From assembly GCA_951406725.2 (NCBI GenBank), contig OX597830.1, positions 59,086,001-59,150,000 of the forward strand: a stretch of DNA of 64,000 nucleotides. The letters are read 5' to 3'. Each line of letters begins with the position of its first letter. Within the stretch, counting starts at the first letter, position 1. The notes below the pieces were generated by a model. The model was not told the origin of the DNA and searched no databases. It saw nothing but the letters and a program-made list of their open reading frames with translations. Of this stretch, positions 41,689 through 56,791 are shown in pieces. The DNA is from Octopus vulgaris (Eukaryota). The translations under genes were made by a program, and so were the position numbers.

Positions 41689-44600
41689 CGTGTGCGTCTC
41701 GTTGCAAGAAAACAAAATGATTTTCTTGATAACCAACGGATAACCAACATCTTTTGCCTTAATCTTCGAAAGGAATTGATTTCTGAGAAGGACAAATTTA
41801 ACATATCGATTGATCCTGTGAGCAATTGAGACGTGCAGTGATTATCTTCAGTTGAAGCCTTGCTTCAGTCATTTGTTTGTCATTCAAAAACAAAGCCTTC
41901 GCCATTAACTTGTAAACATATTGTATTATCCACTGATCTCACTTTGTTTCATTCCAAGTATTAAGATGGCTGACATCGTTTTAGCGTGGATCAATATTAA
42001 GATCCGGCTTTCATTCCTAGATATTTTCTGCTCAATTTATCGTGTATTGTTGACGTCGATGGATTGATTAGCAAGACACTTCCTTTTATGTCTGTGATTG
42101 AAATATCTCGTACGCAAACCCTTTATAATTTCCTTTTTGCTCCTGCCCCCGCTTAATTTTATAGTAATTTTCTCTTAAAAATTATGATCACCCTTAAGTG
42201 TATAAGACCCCATTGTGTAGCGTTAAATTAACTTTCTATATAATTTACAATTAACTAATATCATTAAAGACCTTTAGATATGTTTTTAAAGATCTCAAGT
42301 TGCCAAAATATTGGGGGCAGCCCAAGCTCAACTGTTAGAGAAGTACTTAGGCTGCTCCCAACACTGGGTGAACTAACATCACCACCACAATTCCTGCATT
42401 CTTTTAGAAAATGCATTATAATTCTATAACACCTAAATGAAATTTAGAAACTCGACAATAGGACATTTCTTTTTTTATATAGAAACAATGTTTTTATTTT
42501 GTTTTATTTTACAAAAAGACTTGTAAATTACTTAAAATATTCTATGAGAATATTTTGATTATTCTGTATGTTAATTGATGTAACGCCTTTTGTTTCAGTG
42601 TGAAAATCGCTCATTGTTTTCCTATGTTTTTATCAGAACTAAACTAACGCTTTTGTCTTTAGATTGATTGTGTTCCTCTTCCTTTGAGTGAAACACTTAT
42701 GAGAAGAACAACTTGATATCTGGATTTGGATTGTTTCATATTTTAGCCTTCATTTCCGTAATTCTTCTCGAATAAAACAAACTGCTATACAAAGAGATTA
42801 AAAGCAACTGGTTTCAAAGAGTGACTGGAGTTATAGAATCGTTAGAGCGTTGGCATTTCTTCCGAATGATTGCGTTCCGAGTTCAAATCCTCCCTGGGTC
42901 AACTTTGTCTCTCATCCTCCTGAGACGATAAAATAAAGAGCAAATTAAGTATTGGATGCGATTCAATAGGCTTTTCTTTTTCACGCCCTAGAAAAATATT
43001 CAGCCTCGTTTTAAATGTGCGAGAACCAAGGCTTTGGTTTGTATTTAATTCGCAGTTTTACTTCAGGGGTGTTACTGAAAACTTTGACAGAAAAATAAAC
43101 ATTCGAACTTCTTGTGTCCCTACAACATAGGACTTTTGAGTCTAATTTCTGCTTCAAATGCATGAATTTTTTTTTTTTTCAAGGATCGATAAATTAAGTA
43201 AAAATTGGTTACTCTTGTTCCACCGTAAGAATGTAAGAAATAATTATTACTATTAAACGAGAAGTTATGTCAAAGAACAAACTGATCGAAAAATTCAGTG
43301 TTCAAATCTCACTCAGGTTTTTATTGATGGTGATGAGTCACTGACTCTCTACCAATAAGATTTCTTAATCAAGTTAAGTTTTTTAGTGTTAAAATTTGTT
43401 TGTTTCTTTGGGAAAACTCATATATTCACTTTTATGACATCATTTTTTTCGTCCTTCTAATTCTTTAGTTTCATTTCTTTGTAAGATATGAGGGTGGGGT
43501 GGTTCTCGGAGCCGAAGCTACTAGAATACAGTCTAATTTCCCAGAAGAAACATCGTATTTAAAACTTGATTTGCTGGAAAGTTGTTAGATAAAGGTTAAT
43601 TTATTGAATCAGAATTAAAGAACATCGTCATTCAAGAAAAGCCTTTGTAAAATTATTTTTTGTTTCCTAGAATTTGGGAAACGGATTAGAATATGGGTGC
43701 ATAAGTTTAGCAAGCAGTGATAAGTTTAGTTAATGTAGCCTCTCGTCAAATCGCACGTCTGTTATGACGCCATATTGAATCGTTGTAGTCTATGCATAAC
43801 GAATTAGTGAACGAATTAAAGTGAGTAGCCAGAGCGAACCATATCTCGGAAAACTAGTTGTTACGTCATCGAAAATTTAGATAAACAAACAGACAGACAT
43901 AGAACTATAATTTTTAATTATATTCGTCATTGTTGCTGTTGTAGTGATTTATGTATTTTTAAATAACTCAGAATAAAACAGACTAGCATAACATGACAAT
44001 GTTAACTCATGGTTGCAGTTAATGAAATCAAAGCTCCGTCCTCAACATTTTTCTTGAAGTTATAATTATCGGCTATTGTTGAAATATTTTCGATCAAATT
44101 ATTTCGATCAAATTTCGATTTAACCGTTCTATAAACCAAACGGTTCAAATTCATATTCTCGACACTATTTCGCTGATCTTTCGACAAACCACTTTTCGAT
44201 ATGCAAAGCGGTTTTTGCTCCATAACAATACTTCTAATCTTGTATGGCTGATATATAAATAAATACAAATTTCGTCGAAAATATCCAACCCAATCCGTTG
44301 TCCAGTTTGACATCACCACCTGGTTCTTGGATACCTTTAGCAGAGTCTACTCCGCTGCAAGTATTCGAATCAGGTCTCCGGTCAGAGAACTCCTTTTCAA
44401 CAGCTAAGGAGACTCTGGAGGAGGAGTATGGACACTGTCATTGCTCCTTTTTAGAGAAAAATTATCTCTACTTCAGAAATTGTCCCACGATGTCTCATTA
44501 TTTCAGCTTGATGTTCGACACATGTTCTAAAGTCGCCTTTTTCTTGGTGTCACTGGTATTTAATGTAATTAAATGTTTCTTAAATATTTCAATGTACGAC

Positions 44601-47600
44601 TACTTTGTCCGCATCTGAACTATTTATGGCAAAGCAAACCAACATAGAGATGTCCATCTCTCTTCACACGAACATTTAAACTCAGTTGCTAACTAACGAA
44701 AGACTGACGGTAAGCGTTGAAAACTCTACCTTCGCTTTCCCCATAATATTTATTTAACATCTTAATAAACAAGACATCGAATGTCTTGTCTAGGAATACA
44801 ATACAGCCTTTTTGGCGCAAGGCGGGTTTTTCGTCCAGTAACTTAACACCTTATTGACTCAACTGAGCATAACATTAACACTGAAAGGCTGTTAACGTGA
44901 AAAATCTGTGATGACCATCTAAAGGTAACATCTTTCGTATTTTCTCAGAGGGAATTTGAATTAGAAATTGTAGAAGAGAATTGTTTCTCTCAACTGTGGA
45001 GAAAAAAAAATTAAATATTTCGAAACTTCAAGAAAAATGCCTTATCTGGAGGAATGCAATGAGCTAAAACAATAACTTATTTGATGTTCAATAAATGATA
45101 CAGGCGTCTGCCGAAGTAAAACAAGAAATTATTTTTACTCCGGTGATTCCAGTTCGAGAATCTTGGCGGTGTGTATCCAATCTGTTATCAACAACTTCAG
45201 TTGTGAACAGTAAAACAACAAAACAGAAAGAAAAAAAAAACTTTTCCGCAACTTTGAGCTGCTTTGAAATTTTTTTCCGTTACTTTAACGAAAAATAAAA
45301 GATTAGTTAGTGAATATAATTTCGATATTTTTGCTTTTTTTTTTCTTATAAATGAAGGATATTGACAATTTACTAAAGCGCAAACCATAAATGAATGAGA
45401 GAGGAAAGAGTAATGTTGCACGGTGAGCGAGTCTTTTCTCTTGGTTATAATAACGCACCGAAAACTCGAAATTAAAATCTGACCGGAAAACTTCGCTCAT
45501 CACAAGGCTTACCGTTACTCTGGTTCTTTTTCCATAGAAATAGGAAAGCTAGCTTTCAAATTTTAGCACAAGGCCAGCAAATTCGGGGGAAGGATAATTC
45601 GTTTGAATCAATCTCAGTATTCTATTGGTACTTATTTTATCGACTCCGAAAGGCTGAAAAGTAAAGTCTACCTGGGTGGAATTTGAACTCAGAACTTAAA
45701 GACAGAAGAAATGCCGCTAAGCAGTTAACCTGACGTGCTAACGATTTCTCAAGCTCGCAGTTCTTTTTATTTTTCTAAAACATTTTTTTGTATCTTCTTT
45801 TCAATTCGTAATCGCCAGAATTCTCATTTTAAAAGTTTCAGTTCTCCTCCAAATCCTAATATAACAATTTTATTCCATCTCATTTGTGTAAACTAATCAT
45901 GACTTTCAATATTCTTTGTCTGTTTTCAAATAGATAAGCACAATAGCAAAAATATCTCCCTTTTTTTTTACGTCTTCCTTTGCTATATTGAATACGTGTG
46001 CTTATGTATGGAAAACAGAGAAAGTAGAAAGCGAAGGAGTGTTAAACATTTTCCTTGATCAATTATCAGGAAACGGTGTTCGGGAACTGATTTATCACGA
46101 TGACTTTCAATCCTTGCTCAAAACTTATAATGTTTAAAATTATTGTATGATACGCTGTTAGTTTAAAAAAAAAGATCCAAACATTTAAAATATTTTATTC
46201 TTGTAAGTAATTTACTGCAAAAATAAAATAAAAATAAGGTGTGGTGCATGAATATAAATTATTCTCTAAATTTCCAATAGAAATACAAAAGTGACAACAA
46301 ATTCATCTTATAAGGAAAGAGGAAATAATTTTCGGGAAGTGTCCTAGACTAAAACATCTCGATATAAACCACTTGAGAGGAGAGTAATGACAGGAATATG
46401 CTGAAAATCCTGGACTACTAATATTTATCCCATGCAGTGATGTCAGCATCTGCTATAGTTCTTGAAATGTTCCATTTCTTCCTCAACATTCTCTGATTTC
46501 TTTTGAAATGTACATATATATATAAAAAATGTATTAATATGAAGTATTAAAATATTTATTTTTGATATCTTATATTTGTCCGTATTCCAAATGCTGTTAT
46601 TTAAATTTGAAGTCGAATTCATTTGAAGATGGCAAGTTTATTTTGCCCACCAAATTGGCAAAATCGTTTGAGAAACAAGTAAATCCGGAGAGAGCTTTAA
46701 GTCGGAAGAACTAATCGACTGGAAGGAAGTATGACTTCTGCTTTCCTTTTGCGTAGAAATATGTTGACATCAAGTCAGTTTAAAGCAGCAAAGATTTGCA
46801 AAAGAGAACATCGAACGCTTGATGAATGGTTGCTTTGACGACGAAGTCATCTTTATTCTTTTGGAGTAGCATATACTCCATTGGCTTTGTGCCGAAATAA
46901 AACTTCGATTTCTTTTCGACATTCCGATTGCAGATGTCTGATTTCTTGACAAAAATTGCTGAATTATTGAAAATTCAATATGAAAGAATTGAATTTATCT
47001 GTAATATCTGTTGAAATTTGCTGAAATTATTGAGTCAAATTATTTATTATTGTAAATACGATTATTATTGTAGTAAATATCATTACTTGTTGTGAATCTA
47101 TTCCGTCCTCTTTATCTTTTTTAAGGCAGTTTACCAATGTCTTCGGTTTGTGTGACATGGGAAACCCTGAAAGTTGGTTCCAAGTTCACAAGCAGCTTAG
47201 TCTTTTGCTGTTTCGGAATTGCCAATTAGAAGATAAATCCAATAACATTAAACATACTTTTTTAAGCTAAAAGAAAAGAATTTCCTCTTCTTTCCTTTTA
47301 CTGTAAATATTATTCTTAGGAAAGAATTGCTAAATAAATCCATTCATTGTTGAAGTACATTCTTTGTACGAAACATGTTCACTTCCTTTTCTATAGAAAA
47401 TTACAAATATTAATAAACCAAATCAAATACTTTTTATAATCAAAGGTAATTCTAATTTATTACTGAAAATGTTATATAATTGCACCAACAAAAAATAGAA
47501 TTGTAAAATTGGATACTAATAATAATAATAATCGAAATTTGTATTTCGATTATTTTGCATTACAAATATTATAATTACATTTTTAGACATGTACAGTTTT

Positions 47601-48592
47601 TTTTTTTTTTTTTACATTTTTATGGAGAAATTTTTTAATATTTGAAAACATGTACATTTTTCATTTTTTTTTACAGTTTTATGAAAACTTGTACAGTTTC
47701 AATTTTTCAATTATTTTACCGTTTTTCTTTTTATCTATTTAACATGTCCACGGGCTGAGATGATTTATTCACAAGCGTTCATTGTTAAATTGTCAATGAA
47801 GCCAGTGGGAACCATTTATATTCAACCCAGTGAAGAAGAACAGTTTAACCTAAGCCACGAATCTCATTAAATCAATCGCGAAAACCAAATCTTATTAAAT
47901 TCATCATTAAATATTCGTAAATCATTTGTATGTGGCTAGTGAAAAGCTTCACTGTTTTTTTTATGGAAACTTAATCGTATAAATATCCAGTGTCATTAGG
48001 TTTTATCCCTAATGTTTTCAAATTTTGCTTGAAGCAACTTGGGTATATATATATATATATATATATCCCATTAAATTATTTTTTAAACATGGAATATCTA
48101 TCATCCTATATTTTTGTCGATAGAACTAAGCATCCATTGATGCGTCCAATTTAGTTCTGTCACATTTGCATTACACACGTGCGTGCGCGTGCGCGACCAC
48201 ACACACACATACATCCCCTCCCACTGTTTGTCTTATTTTAACATATGTCTTTCTGTTTCGTACACCTATCCAGGTATGAGGTTAAATCCAATTATGGCTA
48301 TCAAAAAATAATAACACCAATATTTCGTATCGCCAAAGATGGCTGTTAAGTCGTTCCCAGTTCGTGGGATCTTCTTGTTTTTTTCTTTCGAAGATTCATG
48401 AAATTTATGCAGCCTAAACTCTATTTAGTCTTATCTACTCAGAGTTTAGGGTTCATTCTATTTATGAATAAAATAAGCAATTAGTACTATAAAGAATTTT
48501 GTAATTTTAACAATAGTCAATAAGAAAAACTCTTTAAATACTGTTGCTTGCATCTATTTTCTGAACTGGAATAGTAACTTTAAATGCATATA

Positions 48593-48646
<54 letters not shown>

Positions 48647-48652
48647 GTATAC

Positions 48653-48699
<47 letters not shown>

Positions 48700-49522
48700 C
48701 ACACATATGTATTTATTGTTAGTTTTTGTATTTAAGTAAACCTATAAAAAGTAGTTTACTTAATATAATTATCCCAACTTTCAATTCCGGCAATATTTCC
48801 GGTTTGTGACGAAATCCATTTCAGAAGAGGTAAGCACTTGCGATCTCAGAATGAAACTACTTCATTACACTTAACTCGCTGTTACCTTTAGGAATGGCAT
48901 GACCGTCACAAAATCCTGTTTTCTTTATTGATATTTCGAATACTATTCCCAGTAATGAAGTATTAATATTAACATGTCTGCGAATATATGAAGCCATTTC
49001 AGTCACTTTATATCCATAACTTTTAATCAAATGGAAAATATTAATTAACCAGAATATTGTTATGTTTATTCAGATTGTGTTCTAATTAATTTAAATTCCA
49101 AGGAATTATATTTTAATGAGAGCGTTCTAATCTTGTGAACCATCTGATTAAATATTTTAATTAAAATGTCTACATTCTGAGTTCAAACCTAGTTGGGACG
49201 TATCGAGTCTTTTGTTTCGATATTGGTTGAATAGACGATATCCAGAGACTCAGTCAATTGCAACTGGAAATCCTGCCGGAAAGTTTAATGACGATTTGTT
49301 TCTGATAGAACTCCATGGAGGAAATTCCTGCGGACTTTATCCCGGCGACCCTGTCTAGAATTGAAGGCGGAGAAGACGAATAGACGGCTGGAATCGCTAT
49401 ATTTCCCAGTAATGTGTTTAATACTGATCAGCGGGAAAATATTGAGAAATACAAAAAATAACTCGCTTCAATTTGTGTAAACTATCAAAGTAGTTTTGTT
49501 GTAAAATATATTCTGTATAAAA

Positions 49523-49579
<57 letters not shown>

Positions 49580-49717
49580 GCAAATATGACTAAATGTTTG
49601 CTACTTTATACAGAATTAATTTTCTCGTTTTTTTTCTGTGATGTATTGTATTTGTTTTTGTCATAAACTTTGTTACGTGGAAAGATATTTTGTCAAGTGG
49701 CTATTGTACTGAATAAA

Positions 49718-49769
<52 letters not shown>

Positions 49770-50254
49770 GTGAACATTGTGTTGTTTTCTTATTATAAAA
49801 AATTGGATGCGACTAAGTTCTTGTTATTGTTCGAGTTTGATACAAATGACCAGTAATTATAAATTTTTCAGCCATGCCATTTTTCTTTCAGCCATCTTGT
49901 ATCTATGAATATAATATTCAATGCAGTCATAGATATGACATTTCTGAACAGGTGGGAGTGTAAGTTGAGGGAAATTTGGCAGCTATTTCTAGCAGACAGA
50001 ATGATTTATGATTACGTTTCATGCTAGCATATCGCTAGCGTAACACAAAAATATAAAACCTTGTATGGAAACTATCAGCCGGTTCTTCGGTGGCTTTAGT
50101 GGCGTGCATGCTGTTGCACGATCCGAACAAAGTCTCCGGTTTTCGAGTAACTTTTGTGTTGTAATTTCATCTTCTTTCTTTCTGAGTCAGTTTCAGGGAG
50201 GAAGACGGAAACAAAATGGCCAGATCTGTAACCATTATTTTCTTCTTTGACCAA

Positions 50255-51690
50255 GGTTTAAGAAATTAAGAAAAGGCTTATGCAAGAGTATCTGCGAAGA
50301 CTTCCAGTGGATCTGAGGTCAAAACTGAATGGAAGAAATAAATCTTAAGCAATCACTGCATGGGTGATTGCCTTATTGAAGTATGGCGCTGGTATTAACA
50401 GTTGGAGGAAAGAAGGAAATTACAGAAGCTACACCGAAAATCGAGAAAACTTTTCACAATGCACAGATCATTCCACTCCAAGTGCGATATTGTCAGGGAT
50501 TGTCTAAACAAGATCAAGATCGGACGAGAGCTAACCAGCTGGGTAAATTGTATACGCTCAGAAGAAAATAACTGAAGGCACTATATCGGTATATCAAGAA
50601 TGCCAAAGAACCCTTGCTGCTTCAGGTGAGAATATCTGGTATAGTCAGGACAGATACTTGCATTGAAACAGAGGAATACAAAGAAAAGAAGAAGAAGGAA
50701 GACGAAAAGAAAATGAAATGGAAAAAAGATGAAGGGGAAATTTATGAGAGAGATGAGCAGGGCGAAAGATGCCGATGGAAGATGGCAGCGAGCTAGCAGA
50801 AACGTTAGCACGCCGGGCGAAATGCTTAGTGGTATTTCGTCTGCCGCTACGTTCTGAGTTCAAATTCCGCCGAGGTCGACTTTGCCTTTCATCCTTTCGG
50901 GGTCGATTAAATAAGTACCAGTTACGCACTGGAGTCGATATAATCGACGTAATCCGTTTGTCTGTCCTTGTGTGTCCCTTCTGTGTTTGGCCCCTTGTGG
51001 GTAGTAAAGAAATAGGTATTGGCCAAGGAAGAGTGATTTGAAGCCAGACACACAAGCGTTTATCTGTACTGCGCAAGAACAAGTACTGTTGACAAATTAC
51101 ATCAAATACAAAATTAATAATACAATAGAAAGTGACAAATGCAGGGTTTTCGGTGATTATGTTGAAACTGTATGGCATATTTTGGGGGAGTGCACGAAGT
51201 TGGCCCCAAAAAGAATACAAAAGAAGGCACAATAATGATTTACTGGGAGCCGTGTGGTAAGTGTGAGTCAGATATTGTAAAGGTGTTGTATTGGCCAAAC
51301 CCGGAAGGAATAATCAACAATGACAAGGTAAAGATACTATTGAATGTAATGATCCAATGTAATCATGAAATTTAAACATCAATAACCGGACATAGTGGTA
51401 GTGAATAAAGAAGAAAACAAACCTTTTAAGTCATAGATATTCCATGCCCTAGACAGAGTATCGGTAAAGGTAAAACTCGGTCAGAAAAAATGGTTTGAAG
51501 TGGAAGATGGAAAGACTGTTGTCAATGAAAAAAGTGAATGTTGTAGCTCTTGTTTTCTTTTTAACACCTGGAAACTATAAGTTGCAAGCTCACAAACTGG
51601 ATCGAAAAGAGAGGGTAGATGTGAAGACAGAGCATCTACAGAAAGCAGTTGCTTGGAATTGCATGAACCATCAGTAGAACATTTTGTGTT
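50255..51690 (+). mobile_element. Decayed R4/Dong-type RLE LINE, interrupted by a SINE
   Basis: Fragments LKYGAGI, AQEQVLLTNY, CRVFGDYVETVWHILGEC (zinc knuckle), PDIVVVNK (RLE), EHLQKAV; multiple stops and frameshifts. Confidence 0.8.
50788..51017 (+). mobile_element. Full-length tRNA-derived SINE
   Basis: Highly similar to 62066-62295. Confidence 0.88.
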
Positions 51691-51781
51691 GCATGGAAAT
51701 TTTCGAAATTTTGCCATGTAAGAATATTCTTATCAATACATTTGAAGAATTACGTATATGCACACAAGTTTAGAAGAACTT

Positions 51782-52660
51782 TCGGATCTTTTCAATTCTG
51801 AAGCCAGTTTTTTCAAATTTTTCCTACTGAACCAAACAATTTGAAACTTCGTATACTGGTAGAATGTATCAAAAGTAAACTTAATTGTAAACCAGAATGA
51901 AAACGGAATTGTAACTTCTAAGTTTAACGTTGTTTAATAATTAGAATTTTAACCAATGATATTCCGTCATTCGGCTTTATTTTATTTACTCCGTCTCGAC
52001 CACCAATTTCGTGACGTATTAAACATCTTAAATGTAAACAAGCGCATCCTTCTAATTATTTAACGTACTCATGTTTCCAGGATCCTATAGTCAGCCACCT
52101 TCTAATAACAATATTTAAAACTAGTTAATAAGCCACATGTATTAAATTGAAAATGTTTCCATTCTGTTAGTACTTGCTTTCGTTTGCTATTAAGAAGTGG
52201 CATCTCAGTGACGAGGCTTCTAACAAGATTTCGTTTCTAAGCTAATGCGTTTCATTTCACTTATTGTATTTATTTGTGCAAAAGGCAAGAAATTTAATAT
52301 TAAAAAAGCAAAGAGCTGGCAGAAACGTTAGCACGCCGGGCGAAATGCGTAGCCGTATTTCGTCTGCCGTTACGTTCTGTGTTTGTTTACAGTTTTCAAA
52401 CGAACGTTAGTACGTCACAAAAGCGCTTTCTACGTCACACTAATAGAATGCAGTCAAGTTTTACACATGAAAACAAACAATTTGATTGGTTAAAATTCGC
52501 AGTTTTAATCTACGATTAAAGTCATAAAATAGATTTTTCTCAAATAAACTAGTTCCAACCTGTGTCTTGTTTTGCTAGACTCTATCAGCATACGAAGTTT
52601 CAGAATATTTAGTTAAGTAGAAAGATCTGTGGTCCTGGCTTCAGAATTGAAAAGATCCGA
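51782..52660. mobile_element. Non-autonomous DNA transposon (MITE) with 4-bp TSD
   Basis: Perfect 26-bp TIR TCGGATCTTTTCAATTCTGAAGCCAG / CTGGCTTCAGAATTGAAAAGATCCGA; ACTT on both sides; further imperfect internal symmetry. Confidence 0.85.
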
Positions 52661-53287
52661 ACTTTCTTATACTACCAACAGGCAAATCATTTTAGTTGGA
52701 GTATTATTGTTAGGAAATACGTAATATTTCTGATATTCAATATTTAACTCTGTATAAACTGTTAAACTAACCAGTTGAATTCCGTGGAATATTTTTCTTT
52801 TCTTTTTTTCAGAGTAATCTCTTTAGCCAAAGATACACAAAAGTGTTTCCATGTTAATTTGCCAAGATCCACTTGATATCCTCTATATTACTATATATAT
52901 ATAGATATATGATAATTATATCGGCCAAACAGGATGAAAATTAAGACATCACGTTAGCATACATACGCGACAAATCAAAGATTCATCTCATAGAAATGTT
53001 CTATAAAATGAACATCTCGACATTTGTGCAGGTGATCTACTAGGGAATGCAAAGGAAGAATACATTATAAGAATTCTAAATCTACAACCAAACTGGGAAT
53101 AGTGAACACTGATACTAAAATAATTTCGTCTATATCGATTACCCCATAACACGTGTGTTTGAAAAGCTGTAAACGGGGAAAGCGCTGAGACAATACCATT
53201 CTAAGTATTTTTAGATTTTTTATATCAATAATAATCTTTAATTTATTTAAGAATTTTTTTCTTCCTACACACACACACACACACACG

Positions 53288-53347
<60 letters not shown>

Positions 53348-53358
53348 CATACACTCAC

Positions 53359-53404
<46 letters not shown>

Positions 53405-53699
53405 GGAGAGGGAGAGAAAGAGGGCATATATAACGAAGTACACAAGTGTGTATTGTATATTGCAGATGAGTATAAATATAGAAATCTGTGTGTGTAGAGA
53501 AAGACGGAGAAAGGGCCACAGACAGAAATATGCAGCTGTTCATGTAAACAAGCTTACATAAATACATCCGTCGTTACACACAAAGACATTCACATATATA
53601 CACATACATATACATGCTCATGCAAACATACACACACGCATACACATTACTAAATATATGAGTGTGTATAAAAGTATGTGTGTGTACATGCTTAGCTAA

Positions 53700-53744
53700 G
53701 CATATATACATACATACAAACGTACGTACATACGTACATACATG

Positions 53745-53776
<32 letters not shown>

Positions 53777-54224
53777 CATACATACATACATTCATGCATG
53801 CATACATACATACATACATGCATACATACATACATACATACATACATACATACATACGTACGTACATACGTACATACATACGTACGTACATACATACATA
53901 CAAACATACATACATACCTACATACATACATACATACATACAAACATACATACATACATACATACATACATACATACATACATACATACATACATACATA
54001 CATACATACATACATACGTACATACATACATACATACGTACATACATACATACATACATACATACGTACGTACATACATACATACATACATACATACATA
54101 CATACATACATACATACATACATACATACATACATACATACATACATACATACATACATACATACATACATACGTACGTACATACATACATACATACATA
54201 CATACGTACATACACACGCATACA

Positions 54225-54255
<31 letters not shown>
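53700..54255. repeat. Long (TACA)n microsatellite with TACG variants
   Basis: About 550 bp of tetranucleotide repeat. Confidence 0.97.
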
Positions 54256-54256
<1 letters not shown>

Positions 54257-54305
54257 CAGACTCATGTATGTAGCCGAAGATGGAAGAGGATGAAACAGAA
54301 GAAGT

Positions 54306-54340
<35 letters not shown>

Positions 54341-54603
54341 GAGGGGTGGGGGGAGGCTTTCGAAATTAGCATAAATTCTGTCCTAGATTCGGTCCTGTAA
54401 TATTTCTCGATGTCGCTGGCCGAAATAACTAAGAAGAAGAAGAAAACCTAAAAAGAATTCCGGCAAAACGTGATGTTTGTGTTAAAGGCCTGAAGCTCTC
54501 AATAATTTTGGGCACGTAGATATACAAGAGAGAAGAAAGAGCCGAGTTCCATATTTATTGTTTGGCGACAAAGTGTGAGAAATTCTATGATTCATTTGAC
54601 CGG

Positions 54604-54673
54604 ATGATCAGGCATTGCTTTATTCAGACAAATTTGGCCGCAATTTACGTTGGCGTCCTTACCTTGTTCAATT
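54604..54673 (+). CDS. Putative exon 1 (signal peptide) of the chitin-binding protein gene
   Basis: Reads MIRHCFIQTNLAAIYVGVLTLFN, donor T|GTAAAT phase 1; splices in frame to give ..LFNCLFWNMFHVINA-NFNC. Confidence 0.5.
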
Positions 54674-54796
54674 GTAAATTCGGGAGTTCATCTTCAGCCC
54701 ACTTCCTTATCTTCACACACACACACACACTCACGAACGCATGCATCTATACATACATACATATGTGTGTATGGACACATATACATACAGACACAC

Positions 54797-54847
<51 letters not shown>

Positions 54848-54866
54848 GATAGAGAGATAGATAGGT

Positions 54867-54918
<52 letters not shown>

Positions 54919-55321
54919 CACACACACACATTTACATACATTATATGTGTGTTTGCTTAAATGTATATATATATATATATAAAGTTTATATACATGTGGG
55001 CGTATGTGTGTGTGTGTGTGTATACATATATAGCACACATATATACACATAAGCACACATGTATATAAACATATACACACATTCACATATAAATAATCTA
55101 TAGATATGCACATATATATACATGTATCTATAGTATATGTATGTGTTTGTATGTGTGTGTGTGTGTGTCCATCTATATTGTGTGCTTTATAACAATTGCG
55201 TATCAATATATCCATTTATCTATTCATGTTTCTATTTACCAACATACGCCCATCTCTGTATGTATACACACATATATACATATATTGAGCTTATAGACTG
55301 TATTCATAAAAACAAATACTG

Positions 55322-55365
<44 letters not shown>

Positions 55366-55394
55366 CGTATGTATACACATTAATACATTACGTG

Positions 55395-55437
<43 letters not shown>

Positions 55438-55588
55438 GCACATACATACATAAATACACACACACATGCACATACACACACAAGTATATATATGTCCATA
55501 TGTACATGTCTATGTGTGTGTATGCATTTGTATGTATGCATGTGTGTGTATATATACATATGTATATGTATATATATATATATGTATG

Positions 55589-55635
<47 letters not shown>

Positions 55636-55821
55636 GTGTGTGTTTGTGTGTGTGTAATGGTAGCTGAATGTCACGATTAAATATGTACGAAATATCTTGT
55701 GTAGCTATTGTAAATATTCAAAAATAAAAAACAAGAATACGGTGAAACATACACGCATACAAACATACCTAAATACATAAAAACGTTACTTATGCATACC
55801 CCCTCACACACACACACACAC

Positions 55822-55852
<31 letters not shown>

Positions 55853-56276
55853 TGTATGTATGTATGTATGTATGTATGTATGTATGTATGTATGTATGTA
55901 TGTATGTATGTACCAATCTTACAAATTGACTGGAATAACTCTTTCGAGCAGCAAACTTGGTGTAGAAGATAAATATTCGTTTCGTACCGTTGGCTTTTGC
56001 CTTTCATTTGGTTCCCGACTTGCAACTCGCTATGCTCTCTCTCAGAAACATTCCTTGCATCTTTGGTAAGCATAAATTCTCATTTTTAAAATCTATTCCG
56101 TTTGCTCCTCTATTCTTTGAATGGTATCAATTACTGAACGGCGACCAAGCTGTAGCACTAGCTTCAATGAATTTTGTCAATCATATTGGTTCTTTCTCTA
56201 TGTATGTATGTATGTATGTATGTATGTATGTATGTATGTATGTATGTATGTATGTATGTATGTATATATGTATCTA

Positions 56277-56332
<56 letters not shown>

Positions 56333-56708
56333 ACCTATTTATCTGAGCATAATCCTATGAACCCGGAAAATTTAAAACAGAGGGTTACCTACTTGCAAAC
56401 AAATGTGGTAACATGTAACATTATTGACCGAGGTTACCGTGGTCTTTTCCGTTTGCTTTTCTTCCCATGGATAAACCTTATCTACTCCCCCCCTTTACAC
56501 TTTACATCATGACACTGTGATACACGATCTCTATTGATCGTTTTTTTTCATTTCTTTTCTACTTTTCCTTTTTTTTTTCTTCTTTCCCTTTTACGACCCC
56601 ATTTGATCGAAAACCTACCCCACCTTTTTTTTCCTCCCCAAAAAAGAAAAGCTCTACTTTGTAATCTGTCCCGTCTGTGTGCAGCCCTTTGTGGCTAATA
56701 AAGAAACA

Positions 56709-56743
<35 letters not shown>

Positions 56744-56744
56744 A

Positions 56745-56791
<47 letters not shown>

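Noticed and set aside
44002-44319. 105-aa minus-strand ORF as a gene
   Set aside because: No recognisable domain and no supported splice partners.
50645-51298. 217-aa minus-strand ORF
   Set aside because: Antisense read-through of a SINE and a LINE remnant.
53574-54307. Long ORFs (up to 223 aa) of YIHT/MYVC repeats, and similar YI, HT, N and K ORFs elsewhere
   Set aside because: Translations of microsatellites.
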